Origin: Promethearchaeia archaeon
Lineage (GTDB): Archaea; Asgardarchaeota; Lokiarchaeia; Sigyniarchaeales; SOKP01
DNA length: 29,230 nt
Direction of reading: 5' to 3'
Assembly: GCA_029856105.1 (NCBI GenBank)
Contig: JAHQWH010000132.1
Location: 1-29,230, forward strand
Shown here: in pieces, positions 19,154 through 28,500 of the stretch
Layout of the letters: the number at the start of each line of letters is the position of its first letter
Position numbering within the stretch: position 1 is the stretch's first letter
Notes under the pieces: model-generated
The model's input: only the letters and a program-made list of their open reading frames with translations
Databases searched by the model: none
Told to the model about the DNA's origin: nothing
Position numbers and translations under genes: made by a program

Positions 19154-21094
19154 ATGGAAAAATCTGAAAATCATCGGATTGGATACTATGCATGCCAGTG
19201 AGGTATAAATATACGTAGTAAAGTTGATTGCAACGAGTTAGTACAATTTGCCAAAGGCTTAGATGATGTGGTTATTTCAAAAACTCATGCCTTTCTATGA
19301 ACAGAAAGCGGTCAAAACGAGATAATCAAAGATATAGAAGAAAAAAACTTAGATTGTATTGTAGCTTCTGCTTGAACACCTAGGACACACGAACCAATTT
19401 ACAGGGCATCGCTCGCTAAGACCGCTGCGAATCCTTACTTTTTTCAAATGGTTAATGTAAGAGAACATTGTTCTTGGTGTACTGAAGATAACGAAGAGGC
19501 TTTAGAAAAAGCAAAAATCTTGGTTTATGGCGGAGTCAATAGAGCAAGATGTTTGGAGGCCATCCCTATAAGAACAGTTCCCGTTGAAAAAGCAACCTTA
19601 GTGGTTGGTGGAGGAATAGCTGGGATGAACGCCGCGTTAGACCTAGCAAATGGAGGGATAAAAGTTTATTTAGTCGAAAAAAATACCACAATCGGGGGAA
19701 GGATGTCTCAGTTAGACAGAACCTTCCCAACCGACGATTGTTCGATTTGAATTTGCGGACCCAAAATGCTTGAAGTCAATCGCCACGAAAATATCGAGAT
19801 TCTAAGCTATAGCGAAGTGAAGAAGGTCGAAGGATATGTCGGAAATTATATAATCACCGTTGAAAAGAAGTCTCGGTACATAAACAACGATTGTAATGGT
19901 TGTGGTGCCTGTTCTGAAGTGTGTCCGATATATACTTCGAATTATTTTGACGAAAATTTAGGAGTGAGAAAAGCAATAGATATAGCGTTTGGACAAGCAG
20001 TACCTTTTTTGTACGACATTAATAGAGATGTATGCGTTGAATGTTTTAGTTGTGTGGAAGCTTGTGAGTTAGAAGCCATTGACTTCAGTCAAGTGCCTGA
20101 AGAAGTTACGTTTAATGTAGGAACGATAATAATCGCAACTGGATGGGATATTTACGAACCATATGGAGAATACGGATACGGAAAGTTCGAAAATGTGATT
20201 CAACAAGCCCAACTTGAAAGAATCTTAGCGCCGAATGGTCCATTAGAAGGACATGTTCATAGAATTTCGGACACCAAAAAACCTAAGGAAATCGTGTTTA
20301 TTCAATGCGTAGGTAGTCGTAACACGGAAAGACCTTATTGTAGTGGCGTTTGTTGTATGTTATCGTTGAAAAACGGAAAATTGCTTAAACAAGAATTTCC
20401 AGAAGCGAACATTACCATTTGCTACATAGATATGAGAACGAACGAAAAAGGGTTCGAAGAATATTATCAACGAGCTAAAAATTCTGACATCAGGATGATC
20501 CGGGGAAAGGTTGGCGAAATTACTGAAGATCCAGAGACTAAAAACGTAAATATTCGAGTTTATTCGTCTTTAACTGACGAAATTATTAAGATTAGCGCGG
20601 ATTTAGTCGTTCTATCTACAGCTGCATTACCATCAAAAGGTACGGAGCAAATAGCTAAAGTATTAAACTTAGACGTCGATACAAACGGGTTTTTAACAGA
20701 AGCTCACTTTGGATTGATGCCACAAGAGACTAATACTAAGGGAATTTTTATAGCTGGGTTTGCTCAAGGACCAAAGGATATTGCGTATTCGGTTTCTCAA
20801 GCAAGAGCCGCTGCGAGTAAAGTAGCTGAATTAACCGCCCCTGGAAAAATAGATATTGAATTAATAATCGCTGAGGTTTATAAAGAGCTGTGTATTTCGT
20901 GTAAAAGGTGCGAAAAAGCATGCCCTAAAAACGCTATAAAAGTTGTTCGCGACGAAGGTGCTGTTGTAGACGAGATAAATTGCGATGGGTGCGGGATTTG
21001 CGTTACTTGTTGTCCCACTCAAGCAATAGACATTAGATATTATCGAGATTATCAACTATTTACTGAAATTGATGGAATTTTAGGAGGAGGTTAA
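19154..21094 (+). CDS. hdrA: Heterodisulfide reductase subunit A, selenoprotein with four Sec (U16, U49, U74, U199), 646 aa
   Basis: One frame from ATG 19154 to TAA 21092-21094, with in-frame TGA at 19199, 19298, 19373 and 19748. Contexts RIGYYACQ-U-GINI, HAFL-U-TESGQ, IVASA-U-TPRTHE and FPTDDCSI-U-ICGPKM align to CH-C-GINI, MYS-C-SSDSQ, IVAS-C-TPRTHE and FPTNDCSL-C-ILAPKM of the paralog at 25565. FAD motif VVGGGIAG, two ferredoxin units and CVGSR..YCSGVCC are intact. Confidence 0.93.
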
Positions 21095-21099
21095 ACGGA

Positions 21100-21558
21100 A
21101 TGGAGAACAATTATAAAATTGTAATATTTGCTTGTCTAAAGTGAGGATACAGCGCTGCAGATTTAGCAGGAGTCTCTCGTATGAAATATACAGCATCAGT
21201 AAAGATTATTAAAGTAAGATGCACTGGAAGAGTCGATGTAAAGCACATCTTATATAGCATAAAAGCTGGAGCTGACGGAGTTATGGTTGTTGGATGACGA
21301 CCAAATGAATGTCAGTTTAAAGAAGGAAATTTTAACGCCCAAAGACATGTTGATTTTGCTAATAGAATTTTGGAAAAGCGAGGATTCGGTAGTCGAAGAG
21401 TTAATATGTATTGGCTAAGTAGTGCTGAGGCAGAAAAGTTTGTTAAAAGCGTCGAGGATGCCTACGAAAAAGTAAAAAGATCTGGACCCAATCCGTTAAA
21501 AAGCATGGATATTACGAAAGTAAAACAAAAAACATTAACTACTCCCGTAGAAGAATGA
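21100..21558 (+). CDS. vhuD: MvhD/VhuD [2Fe-2S] subunit, selenoprotein with two Sec (U15, U66), 152 aa
   Basis: SD GGAGGAGGT (21083-21091), ATG 21100. In-frame TGA at 21142 (IFACLK-U-GYSAADLAGVSR vs FCCNW-C-SYAGADLAGVSR of 28671) and at 21295 (GADGVMVVG-U-RPNEC vs GADGVLITG-C-HIGDC). RCTGRV is intact. Confidence 0.93.
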
Positions 21559-21616
21559 ATCTTATAAAAAAAATTTAGTTATAAGATGACTTACCTTGCG
21601 AAGGTGGGAGTTTAAT
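21534..21616 (+). promoter_or_regulatory. Eukaryote-like (Loki-type) SECIS element
   Basis: ATGA 21555-21558; stem ATCTTATAA 21559-21567 / TTATAAGAT 21579-21587 (9 perfect bp); loop AAAAAATTTAG; GA 21588-21589. Lower helix ACTCCC 21541-21546 / GGGAGT 21606-21611, extendable by ATTAA 21534-21538 / TTAAT 21612-21616. Lies directly at the end of two UGA-containing genes. Confidence 0.85.
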
Positions 21617-21669
21617 AATAATTTAGTTTGTTAAAATATGTATTAAATAAATAGGTAAATGAAGGAAAT

Positions 21670-23175
21670 ATGGTTCAAGTTGTAAATAACAAGTTATTTA
21701 AGGGTATTTCTCCCAAAGACTTAATGGAGGCTACTTATCAAGCGTCGGGAAATTTTCAAGTAAGAGCTTTCTTTGAAGCAAAAGAAGAGATATTAAAAGT
21801 AGGTAAATTTTCTGAAAACGAATTTTACGAAATCCTAGATGCTATGGTAGAGGCAGAAACTGAGCGAAAATTAGTATTGAAAGAATTAAAGGGTAATAAG
21901 CCGTTGTTTTTAGAAGAAATCGTAAAGATCGTCAAAGATTTCCCTCCTGAAAATGTTATTAGAGACATTATTTATTTAAAAGAACAAGGTTACGTTCAGG
22001 AACACGTGGAAGTCAAGACTAAAACGGTTATAAAAAAAATCAAGGGAGAAGAAAAAGAAGTTGAAGTAAAAGAATTCTTTTACAGATATCAAATAAGGAA
22101 ATTGCCAGACGATTTTATTGAGCACTATTTTGAACCTGTTTCTATAGTTTTTAACGCGGGAGTCTGTTGTCAATGTGGATGGTGCTCTGCGATCTGTCCT
22201 GTAAACGCCATCATAGTGACGGCAGACACTCTTGAAATTGACGAAGACATTTGCATGAAATGTGGGTTGTGTTTTTCGGTCTGTCCTCGTTCCTTTTCGA
22301 TAGATCAAGCTAACGAAAGCATTAAAAAGTTAGACAAATCTTTAAAATGGTCTGACAAAACTGGAGCTTATATTAACGCTTACTCAGCATCAACGACCAA
22401 AGATGATATTAAGAAAGTTCGTCAAGATGGTGGTATTGTAACTTCTATCTTGGAATATCTTTTAGAAAATAATCTTGTTGATGCAATTGTAGCTGTGCAG
22501 CATTCTGAGGAATTATGGAGACCTGAACCTGTAATAGTAGAAAACTTAAAAGATTTATATAAAACAGGTGGAACCAAATATGCAAATTCGCCTTCTTTAA
22601 CCGTCATAGATCAATGTAAGAAATACGAGAAGATAGCTTTCGTAGGAGTACCTTGCATGATGAAAGCTATAGAAAAGGGTGCTATGTTTCCAAGTGGGTT
22701 ACCATTTTTTAAAAATATTAAATACAAGATCGGGCTTTTTTGCATGGAATCATTTCCTTACGACGGAATAATTAATTTAGCTAAAGAACAATTCAATAAG
22801 GACATAAAGGAACTAACCAAAATGAATATTGGAGGCGGTAAATTTATAATAAACTTGAAATCTGGAGAGCAAATGGATGTACAACTTAAAGAAGTGCAAA
22901 AATACGCGCGAGATAATTGTCATTTTTGTGAAGATCTAACATCAGATTACGCCGACATTTCTGTAGGATCAATTGGGTCGCAAGATGGATGGTCTTCTGT
23001 AATAACGAGATCGAAAGATGCAGATAAACTATATAACGATATAGTTAAAGCAGGATTAATCGAATCTAACAGTTTAAAGGATGTGAAGCCCGGGCAATTT
23101 CTAGTAGAAAAAATTGGTGGAATTAAACGAAAAAAATGTAAATCAATAGATTTGAGGGAGAATCAAGATGAGTAA
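21670..23175 (+). CDS. FrhB/FdhB-family protein with ~150-aa N-terminal helical extension and 2x[4Fe-4S]
   Basis: CCQCGWCSAICP, CMKCGLCFSVCP, RQDGGIVTS, GTKY, AFVGVPC, IGLFCMESF, CHFCEDLT...ADISVGSIGS. Confidence 0.9.
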   Translation: MVQVVNNKLFKGISPKDLMEATYQASGNFQVRAFFEAKEEILKVGKFSENEFYEILDAMVEAETERKLVLKELKGNKPLFLEEIVKIVKDFPPENVIRDIIYLKEQGYVQEHVEVKTKTVIKKIKGEEKEVEVKEFFYRYQIRKLPDDFIEHYFEPVSIVFNAGVCCQCGWCSAICPVNAIIVTADTLEIDEDICMKCGLCFSVCPRSFSIDQANESIKKLDKSLKWSDKTGAYINAYSASTTKDDIKKVRQDGGIVTSILEYLLENNLVDAIVAVQHSEELWRPEPVIVENLKDLYKTGGTKYANSPSLTVIDQCKKYEKIAFVGVPCMMKAIEKGAMFPSGLPFFKNIKYKIGLFCMESFPYDGIINLAKEQFNKDIKELTKMNIGGGKFIINLKSGEQMDVQLKEVQKYARDNCHFCEDLTSDYADISVGSIGSQDGWSSVITRSKDADKLYNDIVKAGLIESNSLKDVKPGQFLVEKIGGIKRKKCKSIDLRENQDE

Positions 23176-24280
23176 TAAATCATTTCAGGATTTAATAACG
23201 GAAGTACACGATAGAGGCATTTGTCAAGAATGTGGAGGCTGTGTAAGTTTTTGTAGCTCAGCCGAATTTAATATTATTGGATTTAAAGACCAATATTCGC
23301 CTCCAGAATACATTAACAAGGATAACTGCCTTGAATGTGGAATATGTTATTATATTTGTCCACAAACACATATTTTAGACGATGATCTCAACAAAACCTA
23401 TAAGTTTTCTGATTATACTTCTATGCCAATCGGCTATTACGAGGATATATATTCGTGTCAAGCCACTGACAAGGAATTCTTAGAATATGGAACTGATGGC
23501 GGTGTAGTGAACTCAATAATAAATTATTTGATAGAAAAAAAAATGGTTGATGGAGCAATTGTTTCGAGAACTGATGCTCCTTTTTCCAGAGAAGCAGCTT
23601 TTGCTAATAATAAACCTGATTTAATAAGATCTTCTGGAGCTAAATTGGATATTTCGCCTCAATTAGACGAGATACAGAAGTTTAGTACTTACACTCATTC
23701 AATTCCAGAATTGAATCATTATAAATTCAAAAAACTAGCGGTAGTGGGTACTCCTTGCCAATTATATACTATCAGGTGTATGCAAGATTTAGGAGTAACT
23801 CCTTCTGAAAATGTTGAGATATGTCTTGGCTTATTTTGTTATGAAAATTTCTTTTTTGAAAAATCGCAGATAGAGAAATTTGAGAAAGATTTTAACATAA
23901 AATTTTCTGACATTGTTAAGATCAACATCAAAGAGGATGTGATTTTTAGGTTAAAGAGTGAAGGAACAGGAGAAAAAATAATTCATATTCCATTTAATCA
24001 TTTAAAAGAGTATATGCGTCCAGCTTGCAACGCTTGTGATGACTTCACTAATATTTTTGCTGATATCTCATTTGGAGGGTTAGGCTCACCTGATAAATAT
24101 ACTACTGTTATACCTCGAACTGAGAAAGGTAAAAATATTTTATCTCAAGTAATTAATGCTGGAATAATTAATTGCTTAGATTTAGATTCGAATAAAAAAA
24201 CTAAAATGATTGAGTTAATTTCCCAATTTTCTCAATCAAAAATTAAACGTAAAGAAGATTTTATGAAGAATATAATTTAA
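23168..24280 (+). CDS. FrhB/FdhB-family protein with 2x[4Fe-4S]
   Basis: CQECGGCVSFC, CLECGICYYICP, TDGGVV, AVVGTPCQ, LGLFCYENF, CNACDDFT...ADISFGGLGS. Overlaps the upstream gene by 8 nt. Confidence 0.88.
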   Translation: MSNKSFQDLITEVHDRGICQECGGCVSFCSSAEFNIIGFKDQYSPPEYINKDNCLECGICYYICPQTHILDDDLNKTYKFSDYTSMPIGYYEDIYSCQATDKEFLEYGTDGGVVNSIINYLIEKKMVDGAIVSRTDAPFSREAAFANNKPDLIRSSGAKLDISPQLDEIQKFSTYTHSIPELNHYKFKKLAVVGTPCQLYTIRCMQDLGVTPSENVEICLGLFCYENFFFEKSQIEKFEKDFNIKFSDIVKINIKEDVIFRLKSEGTGEKIIHIPFNHLKEYMRPACNACDDFTNIFADISFGGLGSPDKYTTVIPRTEKGKNILSQVINAGIINCLDLDSNKKTKMIELISQFSQSKIKRKEDFMKNII

Positions 24281-24293
24281 AGAGGAGTCTATT

Positions 24294-25565
24294 ATAACAG
24301 AAACAAAAAGAGATATTGAAAGAAAAAAGTTATTTGGAGATACCTTAGATTATTTAGACAAAATTTACGAACCAGATTTAAGAAAGCTATTAAAGAGATG
24401 CTATCAATGCGCTCGTTGCAGTGGGGTTTGTCAATTAAGTAAGGTACAAAAATACACTCCAAGCAAAATAATTCAGCTAATTTTAGAGGGTTTTGAACAA
24501 AAAGTATTAGAGAGCGAGGTATTATGGGATTGTTTAACCTGTAATCAATGTCTTAAAGATTGTCCAGAGGAAATAAACTTTGCAGATCTTGTTAGAATGG
24601 CCAGATATAAGATGAGGCATTCATACAATCAAAATATTGATGAATCAATAGCACATAAAGGAATCTATACGACGATTTCAGAAATAATGAGTCGTCCATA
24701 TATTAATCCTGATAGATCTCTTGAATGGATTCCTAAAGGTTGCAAAACATCGGAGAAAGGTAATATTTTATATTATGTTGGTTGTTTACCTTATTTCAAT
24801 TACGAATTTGATAATTTAGATTCTATAGCAAAAAGTACGCTACAAATTTTATGTAAAGTCGAAAAAGAACCTATAGTCGTTTTTAAGGATGAAATTTGTT
24901 GCGGACACGATATATACTGGGGTCAAGGAAAGTTAAAAACATTTATTAAGTTAGCAAAAAAAAATATTGAAATGTTTGAGAAAGCAGGAGTCTCTACTAT
25001 CGTAACTGCATGTGCTGAATGCTATAGAACTTTTAAGATTGACTATCAAAAAATTTTTGAAGATTTTAAAGAAAAATTTGAAGTAAAGCATATTATTGAA
25101 TACATTTATGAGATGTGGAAGGAAAGTAGAATAGAATTTATAAATACGAGTCAACTTGAAGAACAGATTTCATTTACATATCACGATCCATGTAGATTAA
25201 GCAGGTTTTTACCCAAAGAAAATAATATTACTGAAAGTGTTCGGGAAATATTTAAGGAATTCAAAAAGTTAGGTTATAATTTTAACGAGATGGAACATAA
25301 CAAGTCAAACTCTTTATGTTGTGGTGTGAATTCTTGGATGAATTGCAACGAGAAATCTAAAGCTCTTAGATATAAAAGAATGTTAGAAGCCAAAGCTGCT
25401 GGAACGATAATGGTAACTTCCTGTCCAAAATGTAATATACACCTTTCTTGTCTCCAAAATGATATCGAAGAAATTTCTTCAATAGAAATTTTAGATTTCT
25501 CTGAGTTTTTAATAAATCATATTAAAGTTATTGATCCTAACAAAAAAGGCGAGGAAAAGGAATAA
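24294..25565 (+). CDS. HdrD-like (HdrC+HdrB-type) Fe-S/CCG-domain oxidoreductase with probable non-canonical ATA/ATT start
   Basis: Frame is open from 24276. The part upstream of the track's ATG 24597 encodes CYQCARCSGVCQ and LWDCLTCNQCLKDCP (two [4Fe-4S] motifs). Downstream CCG motifs: YYVGC, EICCG, TACAEC, YHDPC, LCCG, TSCPKC. SD GAGGAG at 24282-24287. Confidence 0.85.
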   Translation: MTETKRDIERKKLFGDTLDYLDKIYEPDLRKLLKRCYQCARCSGVCQLSKVQKYTPSKIIQLILEGFEQKVLESEVLWDCLTCNQCLKDCPEEINFADLVRMARYKMRHSYNQNIDESIAHKGIYTTISEIMSRPYINPDRSLEWIPKGCKTSEKGNILYYVGCLPYFNYEFDNLDSIAKSTLQILCKVEKEPIVVFKDEICCGHDIYWGQGKLKTFIKLAKKNIEMFEKAGVSTIVTACAECYRTFKIDYQKIFEDFKEKFEVKHIIEYIYEMWKESRIEFINTSQLEEQISFTYHDPCRLSRFLPKENNITESVREIFKEFKKLGYNFNEMEHNKSNSLCCGVNSWMNCNEKSKALRYKRMLEAKAAGTIMVTSCPKCNIHLSCLQNDIEEISSIEILDFSEFLINHIKVIDPNKKGEEKE

Positions 25566-28500
25566 TGGAAGGGTCGGTATTGGTCATTGGCGCTGGTATT
25601 GCGGGAATCCAAACTTCTTTAGATCTAACCGAACTTGGATTTAAAGTTTATCTCGTAGAAAGATCGCCTTCAATTGGCGGAAGGATGGCTCAACTCGATA
25701 AAACTTTCCCTACAAATGATTGTAGCCTATGCATTTTAGCCCCGAAGATGGTTGAGGTGTTTAGAAATCCTAATATTAAGCTAATGACTTATCACGAAGT
25801 CAAGAAAGTTAGTGGAGATGCTGGAAATTTTACCGCTACTATTTTAAAGAAGCCTCGTTATCTTGACGAATCCTTGTGTAAGGGGTGCGGAGATTGCGCA
25901 GCTAAATGTCCTAAAATTGAAGTTCCCAATCTCTTCGATTGTAATCTTGGCAAAAGAAAGTCAATTTATATACCTTTTCCACAAGCAGTCCCTCCAGTAT
26001 ATCTAATTGACCCTGAGCTTTGCCTTAAAATAACTAAAGGTGTATGCGGAGTCTGTCAAAAAGTATGTACGGTTGAAGCGATAGATTTTGAGCAAAAACC
26101 TAAAGATATTATTATTAATTGTGGAGCTGTTGTTGTAGCGACGGGATTTGACATGCCTGCTGAGCGACTCTCTTCTAGATGGGGTTATCAATATCAAAAT
26201 GTAGTGAGCGCTTTAGAATACGAAAGAATATTATGTGCCTCTGGTCCGTTTGAAGGTCATGTCTTACGCCCTAGCGACCAAAAAGAACCTGAGAAAATAG
26301 CTTTCATTCAATGTGCGGGTTCAAGAGATTTACACGAGAAAGTTCCTTATTGTTCAAGCGTGTGTTGCATGTATACTGCAAAGGAGGCAATTATTACTAG
26401 AGAACACTCAGATAATGCTGAATGTTTTGTTTTTAGACACGATCTCAGAGCATACGGAAAGAATTTCTATGAATTTACCCAAAGGGCTCAAGACGAATAT
26501 GGCGTAAAATATTTTCAGACAAAAATAAGCACTATTGAAGAGGAACCGGAAACTAATGATTTAATTATTCGCTATGAAGATTTAAAAAATGGAACATTTA
26601 ACGATTTTCGAGCTAGTTTAGTCGTTTTAGCTACACCATTGGTTCCTACAAAAGGAACTGAAGATTTAGCAAGCATCTTAAAAGTTGAATTAGACAAATA
26701 CAATTTTTTTAAAGAAAAATCTTATTTTAATAAATCCTTGTCATCAAAAGGGGGAGTTTTTCTATGTGGATTCTGTCAAGGACCAATGGACATACCCGAA
26801 ACTGTAGCTGACGCAAGTGGAGTAGCATCTCAAGTCGCAATGTTACTAAATTCAGTAAAATTTAACGAAATTAAAGAAAAGATATATGACGAACCCGAAA
26901 AGGAAATAAAGATAACCGATGACCCTCGTATAGGTGTGATTATCTGTCACTGTGGGATTAACATTGGAAAATATGTTGATGTTTCTAGTGCTGTAGATTA
27001 TGTTAAAACATTACCTTATGTTGTTCATTGTGAAGATAATATGTATTCATGTTCTAGTGATTCTCAAACAAGGATTAAGGAAGTAATAAAAGAACATAAT
27101 CTTAATAGATTTATTGTAGCTTCTTGTACGCCAAGAACCCATGAATCATTATTTCAAGAAACCTGCTTAGAAGCTGGATTAAATAAATATTTATTCGAAA
27201 TGGTTAATATACGCGACCAATGCAGCTGGGTTCATATGAATGAATATGAATTTGCAACTGAAAAAGCTAAAGATTTAATACGAATGGCTGTGGCTAAAGC
27301 GCGGTTACTAAAACCTCTTACTGAAACAAAATTAGATATTACACCAACCGCTTTAGTTATTGGTGGTGGTGTAGCTGGTATGACTGTTGCCCTCAATCTT
27401 GCTAATCAAGGATTTAAAACATATATTGCTGAAAAAGAAGATAAGTTAGGAGGTAATCTTAACAACCTTAACATATTATATCCAATCCACGAGGAGGCTT
27501 CAAATTTTTTAAAAGAGATTATAAACAAAGTTGAGAAAAATAAAAATATTCAGATTCTCCTCGAGTCAGATATTAAAGAAATTAAAGGATATATCGGTAA
27601 TTATAATGTTTCTATTACCGCATCAAATCAAAAAGCTCACGATTTAAAAGTTGGCACAATTATTATTGCTACTGGAGCTCAAGAATTAAAACCAGAAGGT
27701 ATTTTTCAGTATGGTAAAAATAATAAAAATGTACTTACTCAATTAGAATTAGAAAAAAGATTGAAAGAAGAGGGTAAATCTTGGCTCGACAACATAAATC
27801 GCATAACGATAATTCTCTGTGTCAATTCAAGGCAAAAAGAAGGAATAACTTATTGCTCAAATATTTGTTGTGGAGTGAGTATTAAAAATATTAGTATTTT
27901 AAAAGAATTAAAACCAAACCTCGAAATTGTTGTTCTGTACAGAGATATCCAGATGGCTAAAAAGGAGTATGAAGAATACTATCGTGAACGTAGAAAAGAG
28001 GCTATGTTTCTGAGATACGACTTAGAAAACATACCAAAAATAGTGAAAAAAAGTGATAAATCCGAAAAATATCAAGTATCTGTATTCGACACGAATTTAC
28101 AAGATAATCTTCAATTTGATACAGATTTAATTGTATTATCAACTCCTATGATTCCCTCTGACAATTTAGAAGGATTAGCTAGGATGCTTAAAGTACCATT
28201 GGATAAAAATGGTTTTTTCTTAGAAGCACATGTTAAGCTAAGACCTTTAGATTTTGCTACAGACGGTATTTTTCTATGCGGATGTGCTCAATGGCCAAAG
28301 AATATCCAAGATTCAATATCACAGGCAAATGGAGCTGCAGGGAGAGCAAGTAGATTTTTAAGTGCTAAAACAATTACAAGCTCAGGATTGATAGCAGAAG
28401 TAAACCCAGAAAGATGTATAGGTTGTGGGAAGTGTGTTTCCGTTTGTCCATATAATGCTATTGAACTTAAGGAAGCAATTATGGACTTTGAAGAAATTAG

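Noticed and set aside
20432-20457. ATGA-GAAC-N12-GTTC-GA mini SECIS-like motif inside hdrA
   Set aside because: Only a 4-bp stem and no lower helix; explained by the conserved DMRT..KGFE protein motif.
21305-21354. ATGA-ATGTC…GACAT-GTT-GA hairpin inside vhuD
   Set aside because: The GA is out of register by 3 nt and the upper pairing is weak, so it is not a convincing second SECIS.
19154-21558. Reading hdrA/vhuD as nonsense-mutated pseudogenes
   Set aside because: All six interruptions are TGA at conserved Cys columns, with no indels or TAA/TAG, intact SD sites and a SECIS downstream.
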